From Dudresnaya verticillata (lineage: Eukaryota): a stretch of 64,000 nt of DNA. The position numbers and the translations under genes are program-made. Under the pieces are notes generated by a model. That model saw only the letters and a list, made by a program, of their open reading frames with translations, ran no database searches and was not told the origin of the DNA. The stretch spans positions 682,001 through 746,000 of the forward strand of contig OZ374564.1 of assembly GCA_977862235.1 (NCBI GenBank), given 5' to 3'. Each line of letters starts with the position of its first letter. Positions within the stretch are counted from its first letter, which is position 1. Shown here piece after piece: positions 50,890 to 63,680 of this stretch.

Positions 50890-53800
50890 TCAACACTCCT
50901 CCTCGATGGCTCCTCCAAGTCCAACCCTTGGTAGAATCCTATTGAGCAAAGTGGGCCCGAGTGGCTTTGTCAGCAAGTCCGCGTCGTTGTCTTCTGACGG
51001 CACATACACCACTTCCAGAACAGAGTCGGCGACAAGTTCGCGAATGAAGTGTACACGAACGTCGATGTGCTTGGCACGACCAGACGGACAGCGTTCTCCA
51101 GTAGCCCAATTGATGGCAGACTGGTTGTCTGATCTCAATGGAACCGGGCCTTCGACGTTCAAGTCGGCCTCCTTCAGCACTCGCGTGACCCAAACCGTCT
51201 CTTTCGCAGCCAGAGTCATTGCATAGTACTCCGACTCGCAAGTTGAGAGAGCAACAGTTGACTGCTTCTTGGATCCCCAAATACACACTGCATCTCCCAG
51301 TTTCACCATGTAACCAGACATAGATTTTCGGACTGTGGTGTCACCGGCATAGTCAGCGTCCACATAAGCTCGGATACGAATGCTTCCGGACTGGTACGTA
51401 ACTCCATGCTTGTGAGTGCCTCGAAGATATCGCAGAACCCTCTTTGCACAACGGTGACAGTACTCAGTTGGAGCCTTCTGGAACCGTGCGAGGATAAGCA
51501 CAGAGGCCAAAATGTCCAGCCTTGTGCGAAGCCCCAAGTACAGAAGTGACCCGATCATCTGCTGGTACGTCTCAACCGACACGACGGCCTTGTCCTCTTC
51601 GGCGGCAAGTCCAGTGAAGAAAGACTCAACCATTGGCGTACAAGCCGGCTTAGAGTTGTGAAGCCCAAATCGACGAAGAACACTTTCCGTGTAGACCTGT
51701 TGAGTCATCTTGAGCGACACAAATCTGCCATCAGAGTCTAGCTCCCATCCAAGCTCGACTCCGAGGAAGAGGTCAACCCCTTCAGACAGCCGTAGATCGT
51801 AGAGGCCCTGCAGCTCCTTAACAATGGCGTCTCTCTCCGATTTTGTGGGCGCCAGAATAAGCAAGTCATCAACGTACACCAAGATGTATGCGTATCCAGA
51901 AGACTTGGATTTGCGACGAAACACGCAAGGTGCACTAGGCAATTCCTCAAACATCATCCTAGTAAGGTCACCACACAGCTTGGTGTGCCAAGCTAGGTGA
52001 GCCTGTTTTAGCCCATACATAGCTTTCAGAAGTTTGTAACAGAGAGATTCCCTTCCAGGAATCCCACGCGGTGACATTACCCACACGTGTTCTGCCAGAT
52101 CACCATTCAGGAAAGCCGTCTTCACGTCTAGCTGTGCAACAAACAGGTTCAAACACAGTACCAAGTATAGGAACATGCGCACCAGCGAGAACGACACAAC
52201 TGGGGCGTATGTTTCCATGTAGTCTTCACCATACGTCTGGAAGTTTCCACCAGCGACGACCCGCGCTTTGAAGCGCTCGACCGTCCCGTCGGACTTGCGT
52301 TTAACTTTCAGCAAGGCGTGCGTTGGAAGCGGCTGTGCACCGGGACTGTCATCACGGACCCAAGTGCCTTTGGATTCCAAGGATGCGAACTCATCATCAA
52401 TGGCAGATTGCCACAACCCGCGCTCCTCCGGAGTGGCAGACATGGCCTCTCGAAGAGTGGGCTCATCTCCCGTTGTGAGGGCAACCTGTTGTTCAGCTTG
52501 TGCAAAGCTTGCCATAAACCATTTCGACGTCTGGCGACGTTGGCGACGAGGATATCGACTCTGTTGCTGGCGTTCTGGATCTGAACTCACACCAGCCGGA
52601 GGATTGTCAGAGACGTTTTCTTCCTCAGCCGTGTCATCAGATTCGAATGAGCTGGGTTCTGATGGAGGTAGTGGAGGTGAAGAAGGTGTGTCAACTTCAA
52701 TTGCATCCTCTTCATCCTCAAAGTTACCCAGCGACACATCGTCATCAGAGTCCGAGTTGAAAATAGAGGCGTCTGGGTTAGACTCGTAATCTTCATCCGA
52801 ATCTGCCTCGTCCTGCCCATATTCCAACAGGCTTGGAGCACCCGGGAATTTGGACTCGTCGAATGTGACATGCCGCGACTCAACCACACGAGGTATACCG
52901 TCACCGCCAGTGACCAATATCCTGTAGATCCCATGCTCTAGAGTCTCCAAGTGCACCCCCTCAAGTGCACGAGACTCGAACTTGGATCCGCGTGGGAGCC
53001 TTAGGACATATGCAGCACATCCAAACACTCTTAAATGTTTTAAATCAGGAACATCACCTGTCATGACCGAGTATGGCGTAGCCCCAACGGTTGAGTGTGG
53101 TACCCTATTGCGCACGTAGTTGACATGCTTCAGTGCAAACGGCCACAAACATCCCGGTAGATCAGCCTGGATCAGCAAAGTCAGGGCAGCTTCCACCATG
53201 GTTCGGTTCACCCTTTCCGCGATTCCATTGAGCTCCGGAGTATAAGGTGGGGAGAAGGATTTGCCACTGTCTCCAACTCCTCCCAAATCTTTCTGCAAAG
53301 CCAAATACTCCTGAGCCCCGTCTGAGTGGAGTTTTGTTATTTCTGCTCCTCCAAGCTCGATAAACTTTGCTGAAGCTTGATCAAATGCTGCACTCAACAT
53401 ACGGCGACTTCTCATACATGCGACGACCAAGAAACGGGATTTGTCATCCAGAAACGTCGTGGCATACCGGAAACGATCGGGAAAGGAGATCTGGATTGGA
53501 CCCACAATGTCGGAATGCACGAGATCACCGACAGCTTTGGCCAGGCGGAAGTGCCCTGGGAATGATTGTTTGTGTGCTTTCCCAAGTCTACAAGCCCGAC
53601 ACACTTCATGAGTGGAGCCCAACTCCGGAACACCCTCAACATGCTCGTGCACTTTGGCCAAGTCCCGAAAATTAATGTGGGCAAGACGTCGATGCCAGAG
53701 CTCAGTAGTTTGCTGCGTGCTGGGGACAGCCAGTACTTGCTCCTCCGAAGTGTGCAGCTCGGGTTCTGGTAGCATGTACATTCCAGAACTCGCATCGCGA

Positions 53801-55212
53801 ACACCGGATCCAATATAGTACCCATTAGAGTCGAGTACCAAGCGCACGTCCAAGCGGCGAAAGTGGGATTCAATTCCTTTATCTGCCAAACGCCCAGTAG
53901 AGACAAGATTGTATCCCATCTGCGGGATGAAGAGGGCCTTCTTGAGCCGAATATTGGCATGCTCAAACGGCAGAATCACATCTCCACATAGGTCTGAGGT
54001 GACAGACGACTTGTCCGCAAGCACTACAGTACGCTTTTCGCAGCGCGATACTGAGCTCGGTACAAAAGAAGTCATTGAGTGGAAGCAATGCACAGTTGCT
54101 CCACTGTCGGCATACGTTCCTTGGTCGTTCGGAGGAACAACAGTAGTCATCTCAACCGATGCACCGGCGATTTCTACCTTTGCAGATTTACCATTATTCT
54201 TACCAGATGCAGCTACCGCCGAGTTGGCGTTGCCCTTTTTGCCCTGGTTGGTGAACATCTGTCGCACCTTTGGAGGAAGCTTGTTGTTAGGATTTTCCGG
54301 ATTTAGATAGCATCGATCCGCGGTGTGTCCATCCTTGTCGCAAACATCACAGTGAAGGTGCCGGTTCGGGGTGGAGTGAGCCTGCTTGGCGGACTTGAGT
54401 GCAACCGCCAACGCACGGACGGTGGATTCAATATCAGAAGAGTCATCGGAGTCGTCGTTGTCATCCAGCGGGTTGTGTTGCTGGCGAGAACCTGACGACG
54501 CGGACTTCTTTTTCTTCTTCCGACGACTCTTCGACTTACTGGATCTCCCACCTGCGTTTGATCCATGAGAAGCTTTGGCGTTGTACTCATCGATCAGCGT
54601 GGTTGCGACGTAGTCCCAAGTCAGCTCAGCAGCATCTTTGGTGCGAAGAGCTGCAGCTGTTGACTCCAGGTGGCAGGACGGATCAATGGAAGCAAGCAGC
54701 ATAGGTGCCTTATGTGTCTCCGGTATCGCCGAGTCGTTGCCCATGCGGTCGAGTTGGGCGAACAGTGACGTGTACTGGTCGACATAGTTGGACATATTCT
54801 GACCGGTGTACGTCATACGGAATAGCTTGGTCTGTACGGCGATACGGGATACGGTTCGACTGGACCCATAGCGCGAGTCCAATAGCTCCAGCATGCGTTT
54901 GGGGTCATCATCAACCTCCATAACGACATGAAGCGGAGCATCACCAAGTGCGGAGATAATGATCCCGCAAGCCTTCTCACGTTTGGCCAAGGTTCTGGCG
55001 TGAAGAATGGAAGTATCCGCTGAGGCCTCTCCAGTTGACAGTGAGCTGCTCGGTGTGTCGTTTGAGGTGTGGACAACATTCCAAACCCCTTTGATTCGGC
55101 ATGCGGCACGAAGGCGATGACGCCAGAGACTGTAGTCGTCACCTCTCCTGCCGTGGAAACGGGGTATCTTGACCCCGCTCGAAGTATCCATCTCGGCTTC
55201 GGTATCAGTCAT
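50890..55212 (-). CDS. Copia gag-pol polyprotein, 1440 aa, intact
   Basis: CDVCDKDGHTADRC knuckle, ADSGAT protease, LWHRRLAH/VHSDIVGP/NGIAERVN integrase, LDVKTAFLNG/YVDD RT, YVDADYAG/DNQSAI/KHIDVR RNase H, in Copia order. Confidence 0.97.
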   Translation of the reverse strand: MTDTEAEMDTSSGVKIPRFHGRRGDDYSLWRHRLRAACRIKGVWNVVHTSNDTPSSSLSTGEASADTSILHARTLAKREKACGIIISALGDAPLHVVMEVDDDPKRMLELLDSRYGSSRTVSRIAVQTKLFRMTYTGQNMSNYVDQYTSLFAQLDRMGNDSAIPETHKAPMLLASIDPSCHLESTAAALRTKDAAELTWDYVATTLIDEYNAKASHGSNAGGRSSKSKSRRKKKKKSASSGSRQQHNPLDDNDDSDDSSDIESTVRALAVALKSAKQAHSTPNRHLHCDVCDKDGHTADRCYLNPENPNNKLPPKVRQMFTNQGKKGNANSAVAASGKNNGKSAKVEIAGASVEMTTVVPPNDQGTYADSGATVHCFHSMTSFVPSSVSRCEKRTVVLADKSSVTSDLCGDVILPFEHANIRLKKALFIPQMGYNLVSTGRLADKGIESHFRRLDVRLVLDSNGYYIGSGVRDASSGMYMLPEPELHTSEEQVLAVPSTQQTTELWHRRLAHINFRDLAKVHEHVEGVPELGSTHEVCRACRLGKAHKQSFPGHFRLAKAVGDLVHSDIVGPIQISFPDRFRYATTFLDDKSRFLVVACMRSRRMLSAAFDQASAKFIELGGAEITKLHSDGAQEYLALQKDLGGVGDSGKSFSPPYTPELNGIAERVNRTMVEAALTLLIQADLPGCLWPFALKHVNYVRNRVPHSTVGATPYSVMTGDVPDLKHLRVFGCAAYVLRLPRGSKFESRALEGVHLETLEHGIYRILVTGGDGIPRVVESRHVTFDESKFPGAPSLLEYGQDEADSDEDYESNPDASIFNSDSDDDVSLGNFEDEEDAIEVDTPSSPPLPPSEPSSFESDDTAEEENVSDNPPAGVSSDPERQQQSRYPRRQRRQTSKWFMASFAQAEQQVALTTGDEPTLREAMSATPEERGLWQSAIDDEFASLESKGTWVRDDSPGAQPLPTHALLKVKRKSDGTVERFKARVVAGGNFQTYGEDYMETYAPVVSFSLVRMFLYLVLCLNLFVAQLDVKTAFLNGDLAEHVWVMSPRGIPGRESLCYKLLKAMYGLKQAHLAWHTKLCGDLTRMMFEELPSAPCVFRRKSKSSGYAYILVYVDDLLILAPTKSERDAIVKELQGLYDLRLSEGVDLFLGVELGWELDSDGRFVSLKMTQQVYTESVLRRFGLHNSKPACTPMVESFFTGLAAEEDKAVVSVETYQQMIGSLLYLGLRTRLDILASVLILARFQKAPTEYCHRCAKRVLRYLRGTHKHGVTYQSGSIRIRAYVDADYAGDTTVRKSMSGYMVKLGDAVCIWGSKKQSTVALSTCESEYYAMTLAAKETVWVTRVLKEADLNVEGPVPLRSDNQSAINWATGERCPSGRAKHIDVRVHFIRELVADSVLEVVYVPSEDNDADLLTKPLGPTLLNRILPRVGLGGAIEEEC

Positions 55213-55984
55213 AGCTGTTGGGACTGATGGAGAGAAGAGATGACTTGAATAGTTTTAGAAAACTTGGTGAACTTGGGGCAGTGCTGTTAGTGCAACAGTG
55301 TCGATGCCCAGAGGGTAATAGTCGTGCTAAGCAGAGCAGTGCAGCTCACACAACGAAGACGTGACGACGAAACTGAGAAATGTGTCGAACACGTCGGTAA
55401 TATAATACAGTCACAAGCGGAGCACACTTTGCCAAGTAGCTCCCACGCTTGGAGTAAAGAAACTCTCAGGTGATGATGGGATCACCTGGACTGAAGAAGA
55501 AAAGTTGAAACTTGAAGTTGAAAAGTTGATTCTTGATAGTTGAACGTCTTTTTGACGCGGGATGTTCTGGCACCAGGTTCTACCTAGTCACCCCTAGGAG
55601 TCGGACTCCTGGCCCCCGGATATGATTCTCCGGGTGAAATGCGTCTTTCAGCAGCCCTTTCGTGTCGTGCGCACACAGACACGAAGTATGCAATCCTTAC
55701 GAGACGTCCACCTTATGGGTACTAACTCAAAACGAGTGTTCACCACACGAACAGGTCCAGTCTCTTGCAGGAATGGAACTAGGCCCAACCGTGTCAAGGT
55801 TCTGGATCTTACTGGAGGCTGCTCCCCTAGGCCAACGAGGTCCTGACTTAACGAGAGTCACCACGCACAACACTCAACCTCTCAGCAAGCTCACGGACCA
55901 AGACAACAGCGGACGAGAGCCTCGAGAACTCTCTCACAAAATCAGAGACACAAGCCGACACAGTGGGATAGGGACCACTTTCAA

Positions 55985-56066
55985 CAGACAACAAGCAGAC
56001 AGGACAGGACACAAGCCGACAGGACGGACACAAGCAGACAGGACAGGCCAGGACGGGACAGGACAG
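55985..56066 (+). repeat. GACAG/GGACA low-complexity repeat in the Copia leader
   Basis: ACAAGCAGACAGGACAGG duplicated plus GGACA runs. Confidence 0.7.
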
Positions 56067-57010
56067 TATCAAGAATGAAAAGAAAAAGGAAGAAGGTTGC
56101 AGCGAAGCGATGAAGTCTGCGTAGGTCGACCTTCTGGGTGAACACAAACAAAACAAATCATTAAAGAAACGCCCAAAATCCCTACCGTCAAATGGGCGGG
56201 AAAAAGTAAAGCAATTAAATCTACCAAATCATACTCTCAGCACACTCACATCCGCCACCAAAATGGGCGGGAACTTGCACACCAGTGTTACTAACTGCTG
56301 ACATCAGCAATCCCTCTTGCGACCGCATTTCCTGCCATCCATATGTACTCCAACTTTGGGCGGGGACGTGAAAGTATCGAGTGTCCCCGCATGGCTGCTG
56401 TCGGACAACGCTGCACACCACGTGGCCGCACTTACGAGCTGAAGTCCGTCCATGAATATCCAACTTGGATCATTGACCACGTAATCACCCAGATTTGCCT
56501 ACGTGGCAGCTGTAAACCAACGTGTCGGCCGCACGACACCTACGTGGCAACTGTAAACCAACGTGTCGGCCGCACGACAACTGCATCTGCTGATATCACA
56601 AGCCAGGCTCCACGTAGCGCAAGTCCCTGCAGTACCAACTCAGACGCCATCAGCACATTGCATGGCACGTTCATGTGTACTTGTGGAGTACAGTGCGCGT
56701 CATACCAGTACCATTCCATGCCATACCACGTGCATCCATGTGGTCCAATCAGATCGTTCCACTTGGCCGTTCCTGTTATAACCGCCAATTCCAGCACAAC
56801 ACTTGTAACCCATATAGACCATGGAGGCGGTTTGTAACAACCAATCAGAAGCCCGTTTCACGTTGCTTTTGCAAAAGGCCTAAATGCGCCGTGATTTTGG
56901 AAGCCCGGAAAAAGGGCTGTCGTCTCCGGAAGGTTTGGTGACAGCGTGCCAGGGTGCCATCTGGGGTGCCTGACCCGTGACGTGAGGCGCCAGCGATCAT
57001 GTCCTCAACG

Positions 57011-57709
57011 ACTACCCCCGACACGCCACCAGCGGACCCAGAGGGTGATGCAGAGACTTCGCATACTGCGGGAGATCCGCAGGAGCGCACAATGGAAACG
57101 TCACGCAGTCGTGGGTTGGCAGAGCTTTCACCCTTCGCCGCCGACCCCGACGACCGCGCTTCGCAATCCGTCTCCAACGACGACAGTACCCCAGGGGTTC
57201 GCACCCGTTTGAAACACGTCGCTGCGGCACCGCAGAATGATAACAATGACTCCGCTGAAAGCGCGTCCGATAACGAAGACGTTAACCGTGCAAGCACGAA
57301 GCAAGACGCTGCAAGCGATGACGTCGTCCCAAGACACAGCACACCAGTCACCGCTGAACGAGCGTCCGAGGCCCAAGACCAACGCCTTCGGCCATCACCC
57401 CATCGAGTCCGCTTCGCCGAACCGGTACAGACGCCCATCACGCAACGGGACGAACCTCCAAAGGCGCTGGCAGCGCCCACGCCCAAGCCGATCGCTGTGA
57501 GCGGGAAGGAATACGTTATTGAACGCATCGAGTCGCACGCGAACTCGGATGATGATGAGATCCTCTACCGCATCAAGTGGTACGGATACCCCGCTTCAGC
57601 GAACACCTGGGAGCCAGTCTCCAGTTTGCCGCGATCACACGTCGTGCGGTACCACCGTCGGAAGCACACGCGCCTGCCGCCCAACATTGACGATGCTCAA
57701 CGCGGATAA
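57011..57709 (+). pseudogene. Gypsy pol C-terminus with complete chromodomain
   Basis: EYVIERIESH...ILYRIKWYGYPASANTWEPVSSL. Confidence 0.92.
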
Positions 57710-59254
57710 CCCTAACCGTAGAAACAACGCTCAAAGCGAACGCAATGAAGATCGAATCTGCAAAAGCGCACAACGGTCGCCAAAGGCGTGGACCCCCCCA
57801 TCTAACGTATGTGGACGCGGGCACACCGCTGTGGCGACATACCGGCACACACGTCACAGACGGGGAGGGACGCAAATACTTGCGTCATAGACGGCCACTC
57901 CAACGGCCCTCATACAGTGCTCCCGCAGGTGAGGATGGCTGATAGTGAATCCAGATCCCTCGTCGAGATACGCGACCCACCAATCCAGCGGCACGACGAA
58001 GACCAACGTTGGAAATTTTAATGGACAAACAAAGGGGAAGCGGACTACCCGTTAATCCACCTCTACGCCAAACGCGATAGGCCAAGTGGCAACACGGGTA
58101 CTACGAGCGCGCACGACGGCAGACGCACTTCGAACCACGCAGGACCGTCCCCGACGCTGGCACCGGCTCGCGCACCACGGCCAAGTCGCTGCAGCCTTCC
58201 ATTACCCAGGCAGCAATCTCCTCGGCCACGCACGAACACACGCACAACGTCCCCAACGTACCTTGCGTAGGAGGGGCGCGCCGCCGAACCCGCCGCGAAA
58301 GGGGGGAGTGAGTCGTCAAGGACGCGATTATCACGGTTCCGTGCACGACGCGCGACCAAATCGCTAACCAAATCGCGCAATGGCTCCGACGCTGAGAATG
58401 GCCGCCACGATCGTGCGACGACCATTCCCCACCCTCGGAGGAGAACGTCAGAGACGAGGAACAAGGCAACTCGCCCACCACTAACTACCTCACCTACCAC
58501 ACCTCGACCCCCGTCAACGACGATGCGCACAACTACCCTAAGCTACAGCGCACCAAGCGAGAAAAGAATACGACCTACTCCGTATGCAAATGGCCCAGGC
58601 CCACGCGCAACCCGCGGTCCGAACTCGACAACAGCCAACAACGCTCTGAGCGAGTCCCCCATGAAGACTATATCGAGCGTGGCAGGATGGAATGCAACGC
58701 AAGGAAACGCATTGCTAAGCGAAATAACTAAGAGGCTCAGCCCCGACAACGTCGACAATAGTTGTCGTCAACAAAACACAGCTCCGAAAACAACGCCCCA
58801 GGCGCGCTACAAAACGCTAATGCAGCGAGCAAAGGAGGGAGTTACAACGCCCAAGTAACGTCTCTCTACGATTAATACAATAACGTCGCCACGAAGAGAC
58901 AAGAAGTACGTGAACGCTCGCCGAAGTGACACCACTTCGCACTCTGCGTGTAGCCCGAGATCGCTAACACGCCCGCAAGACGCGGTGGCAACACAATATA
59001 ACACGACAGCTGCAACACGACGGTTGCAGCGAGACGAAACCAAACTACGTTACCAACGATACAATTTATTTGGGCTAAGCAACGGGGAAGCCGCGCGCCC
59101 AAGCTACAAGCCACGGCGGCTAAACGCCGCAAAACATTCAACACATTCGTCAACGACGTATGATGCCCAACCTTCCGACTCCGCAAAGGAGCCGACAAGG
59201 TACCACAACATGCACCCCCGCGACGGCCTTTCGCCCTAAACGACGCTAACTACG

Positions 59255-61600
59255 TCACGTCGCAGACGGTTTTGCCGAGCCCGCCGCACCATCGCCGGCG
59301 GACTCCCTCAACGCCTCTTCATAGAGTTCATCTTCCGTCACTGACGGCACACCCACAGCAGCAACAGGGACGGACCGCAAAGGCACCGCCACCACCACCG
59401 CTGTAGGATTAATACGCGCCGCTGGCGAAGAGTTCGACTCACCACCCGCTTTAGGCGGCGAAGCCTCTTTGGCTTTGCCAACCGCCGATGGCACAGAACC
59501 AGGTCGGTCATTCGCCTCCGGCGCTGCCACGATAACATCCGCCTTCGGCGTAGTTGCAGCGACTGTCCCCTTGGACGACGAAGCAACCACAACCGCCTTT
59601 GGCGTAGAGTCTAACTCATCACTCGCCTTCGGCGTCGCAGCAGAACCAACCGCCTTCGGCGCAACTGTCGCAACCGTCTTAACTGACGTAGACCCCTCAC
59701 CCGCCTTTGGCGTCATTGGTTCTATATCCGCCATCGACGCAGGAGCCACTGGACCCTCCTCAACCGTCGGAGACGTTGTAGTGACATTTGCTTCGGTCGC
59801 CGCTGGCGGTACAGTAGCAATTACGTCTTTGGACGCTGAACCAGTCGCCTTAGGCGATGACGACTTTTCGTCTGCACCGTCCTTCGACGCAGAACCGACA
59901 CCGACCATCGGTACCGGCACCGACGCACCTTGGGGTCGCGACGCAGCCGCCAGAGACTGGCCCACCCACTCGGTGGGTGAGCCGCTCAAACCGCTAGTAG
60001 CGACTCCAGCAGCCCGCAATAACACGAGCACGGTGCGGCGCTGTTCCTCGGTCCAGACCGGCACCGAGGGCGCATTCACAGATCCGTCTACGACGTTTGA
60101 TACTCTCCGTTGAGGGGTTGCGGTCGCGGAGCCGACTCGACTATTGACGTCGCCATAACGGCATCGCCATCAACGTCAGCGACGGGAGCCGCAAGGTCCA
60201 AGGGTGCAACAGCTGGAAAGCCAGCCGGCATCCCACCACCACCGGCAGACCCTTCGGGCAAAGCTGATGGTGGGGCCGCAGCCTCGGCAGATGACTCAAC
60301 CGCCATAGGCGTAGCGACAGCCGTCCCAGACGGGTTCCCCGGTTCGCCATCGGCGTTAAAAGCATCCTCCTCTGCCATCAAGGCACTGAAATGCGGAGGA
60401 AAGTCACCGAAAAAGTCGCAGCTCTTACGAAAACCACGCGGGTGATTACCCGGTGTGAAGCGGTCCGTTTTGCGATGGCGCTCCGCAACGTTCTTCGTCG
60501 TACCACGCTTAGTCCATGGATTATAATGGATTCAATCGCCACAGGCGGAGTGAGTACGACTCATCACGAATCGCGGGCGGTTCGTCTTACGGCGGTTGTT
60601 CCCTAACGGCACCATCGCCGGGTCGTTCCAATTAACTTCATCCGCTACTGAGCGCAAATCCCAAAACTCCTGGCTGTTCCTCGACCCGCCGAGTATCTCG
60701 GCTAGGTCAAGGCCACCAAGAGACGCGACTACGCGAGGTGGCAGATAATACATGCGGAAGGTGTCATACACCTCCCACATCCATGCGTACTCTACGTTTT
60801 CCACCCATTCGGTGTAGAGCATAACCCACCATTTGGAGTACGGGTCCGTCATTAACTCCGACCCGAGATATGTGAGACACGGAGGAAGCTCGGCAGCGAA
60901 ACCTTCGCAAATTTCGAACTCTCGCCACACAGGCGGCACCGTCACGAAGCAGTGAGGCAACTTACTGCGTTCGATATGATCGACCTGCATATCCTGGTAG
61001 GCCACAAAGACGCCTTTTCGGCGACGCGTTTCACACTCCCAACGTATGCACCGTTCCCAAAAGAACGTACCCGTTCGGTGTTGGTAACGGAATCCGCTTT
61101 CAAGCGCACTCCCAAGAGGTACGCCTCCTGTATGATACGCGGCTCTGCCAAGACGCTCAGATGTTTGAGCGATAACGTCCCTAGACGATTACCATATTCG
61201 ATCTCGCTATTGGTTCTGTATTTACCGGCGTCAAACTCAAAGATGGCTGGCGTTAACGCCGAGCACGGATAAGGCGTGGAGCGACGATAGACGTCTCCGA
61301 CGAACTTGGCGTGAACGCCCGCACGCGATTGCTCTGCGCGAACCCACAGCCACTCGGGCGGCACTGCGCAGCGCAACTTCCAATCCCTCGTCCAGACGAC
61401 GGCAAGGGGAGTCCCCCCGGCAAAAATCCGCAGGTAGCGTAATGAGCAATGAGCTCCTCATTGCGCAAGGCCTCCTGTTCAAACCAGGGGGCCTGTTCTT
61501 CCCGACGAAGTCGTACGGCGACAAGTATACCGGCGCGGCCGAGGGCGCCGCGACCTGAACACCATTGAACATCGGCATATCGTCAGCGACGCAATTTCGT
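59255..61600 (-). pseudogene. Antisense accessory ORF of Gypsy C, frameshifted
   Basis: ORF pieces 61237-61629, 60942-61376, 60532-61005, 60088-60381 and 59255-60079 are colinear with 9084-11400. Confidence 0.8.
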
Positions 61601-62033
61601 TCACGCCACTGGCGCTTAAGGTCAAACAAACGTCAACGACGACTCTTGCCCAACGCCCCAGGCGGTTATACTTTTTGCTTACGTCAAGGACGCCTTTTGT
61701 TCCGCGCCACAGGCGACTACGATGAGCTGCGTCACAGACGAGAAACACCTGCGCCTTGGGCGATGAGATTCACAGAATTCGTCTACGACGATGCAACTGA
61801 CACGCCCCAGGCGACGAATTGGATGTGGCGTCGTTGACGGGATTCGCAATACGCCAGCGGCGATGATGCACGGTGAGGAGAGAGAGCTCGGCGGACGCAA
61901 CGCGCAGCACGCGAAGTTAGCACGGCACAGACGGAACGCAGGAACGTACGCATGACGAAGTGGGATACGCAGAGAAATGCAAGCGGCAAGTCGTGTTGAG
62001 TGGCGGACGTGTTCGCATTTTGCGAGGGGGTCG

Positions 62034-62891
62034 TGTGGTGCAAGGGGAGGGCTGCCCCTTTTTCGCTTTGAGCGTATTATATGACAACGTCTACCGACGG
62101 CACTTCAACCGCCGTTGGCGCGCGAACACGTCATGGACGGTTGGCCCACGGGCATACGGCCGCCATTACCCCGCGCGGCGCGGTGCGCGCGCTCACTGTA
62201 CGGGCAGATCCGGATGTATCATCCCGATCGACAAGGCGCAGGCCTGTAAGCTTGGCTAGGATCCGGATCGGATCCGGATGGGACATCGGGATCCGGCATC
62301 GGGACCCACCGTGATGTAAGGAGCGCGCCTGTAATGGCCGCGCGCCAGCAATGCTGGCGGGGATCTGGATCCGAATCCGGATCACCCGCACTTCTACACG
62401 CATGCGTCTGTAAGTCACACATTACTCGCACACACGCCTGTAAGCTACTCCCGAGCTCCCGCGCACGCGGCTGCATGGCGACGACGACGTGTCAGACACT
62501 CAACGGCGCGACACGCGTCCTGAGTTCCCGCGCACCGCGCTCGCCGCCGTCGCCCGCGTAGTATATTAGTTAATCCGTCTGAGACGCTGAGTAAACCCCG
62601 GGCAAGCCGGCCTTGGTCCAGACTTCCCCATCCCGCACGCGCGTACCCTACCGCTGCCTACGGCCTAAGCGTCTACCTCCCGTGCTTCCACGTTCATCAC
62701 CGTCCTTGACGTGTTTCCTTTTTGCTCCCTTTTGTTCTTCCTTTCCTCCTCGGGCGTCTACAGTCCGCCCAAGACGTGTCCACTGCTCTACCACCAGCCG
62801 CCCAAGGCGAGGCTACTCACCGCCAAGGGCGCCGCTACCCACCAAGCCCCGAACGGCTCGGCGGTGCTCCGTCACAGACGTTTGCACCACA
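62034..62891 (+). repeat. 3' LTR of Gypsy C (858 bp), preceded by PPT GCGAGGGGGTCG
   Basis: TGTGGTGCAA...TTTGCACCACA. Confidence 0.93.
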
Positions 62892-63680
62892 CTTCGCATC
62901 ACCGGACGTAAAGAAGGCCAGAAGACGCGAAGCTGCCCCTTCATGGACGTTCGTCCCATCACAGGCATCCTTGAGCTCCTTAAGGAAGGACAGGAGCTCA
63001 ATCGGGCTTCGGCCATCAAATGGGTTCATCTGCGGGAACAAGTTCCGGATTTGACGGGTCATCCGGGACAAGCGCCGCGCATCCTCCATAGTCATCGTTG
63101 GCCGGGTATCCAGAAAGCGGTGGGTCCGGTAATCGACCACCCGCCGGAAGGGTTCTTGGAGGGTCTTGAGAGGCTATAGACCTGGTTCCATTGGCCCCAT
63201 CATCGCGACAGGAAGACCTGTTTCATCCAACTGGCCAGTATATACCATGGAAGGTTCCCCTGCATCAATTGGCCCCGAAGCTCCAACTAACGGCCGTGGG
63301 GCGGCACCACTGTTCTGAGTGTTGCCCTCTTGCGGTGGTACCCCTTTTCCAGGAATATTTGGCCGGGCCTTGTCAGGATGCGACAAGGCCGTGATCTCAT
63401 CTTGCAACTTGTCCAGTTGCTTCTGCACTGCCGCTACCGGTTCACCAACCTGTGGTGCCAAGACTGGTTGATTGGCAGGTGTCATCGGAGCGGACTCGGA
63501 CCTTGTCTGGCCAGGGAGAGCAGGGAGTTTTCCCTTCCCGTCGGAAGAAGAAACGGCAGTCTCAAGCCGACTCGCGACCGGCGCACCGATGAGCTGGCGC
63601 CAAAAACCGAACGGGAGTGCAGCGACACAGTAGCACTGTACGCCTTGCTGGAGTCTGCGCGCACCACCAATAGGAGCCAA
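62892..63680 (-). pseudogene. gag: gag of a different Gypsy element, interrupted by element C
   Basis: PFDGRSPIELLSFLKELKDACD..EGAASRLLAFFTSGDAK gag motif; ORFs 63174-63680 and 62835-63140 are in one frame, split by TAG. Confidence 0.72.

Larger units (their letters stand above)
49904..57010 (-). mobile_element. Near full-length Ty1/Copia LTR retrotransposon
   Basis: 3' LTR 49904-50895, PPT GAGGAGGAG, intact polyprotein, 5' LTR ~56076/56138-57010. The two LTRs share diagnostic variants. Confidence 0.95.
57011..62891 (+). mobile_element. 3' half of Gypsy element C: pol C-terminus with chromodomain, antisense ORF, PPT, 3' LTR
   Basis: Homologous to element A from ~7297 onward; LTR 62034-62891. 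Confidence 0.92.
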
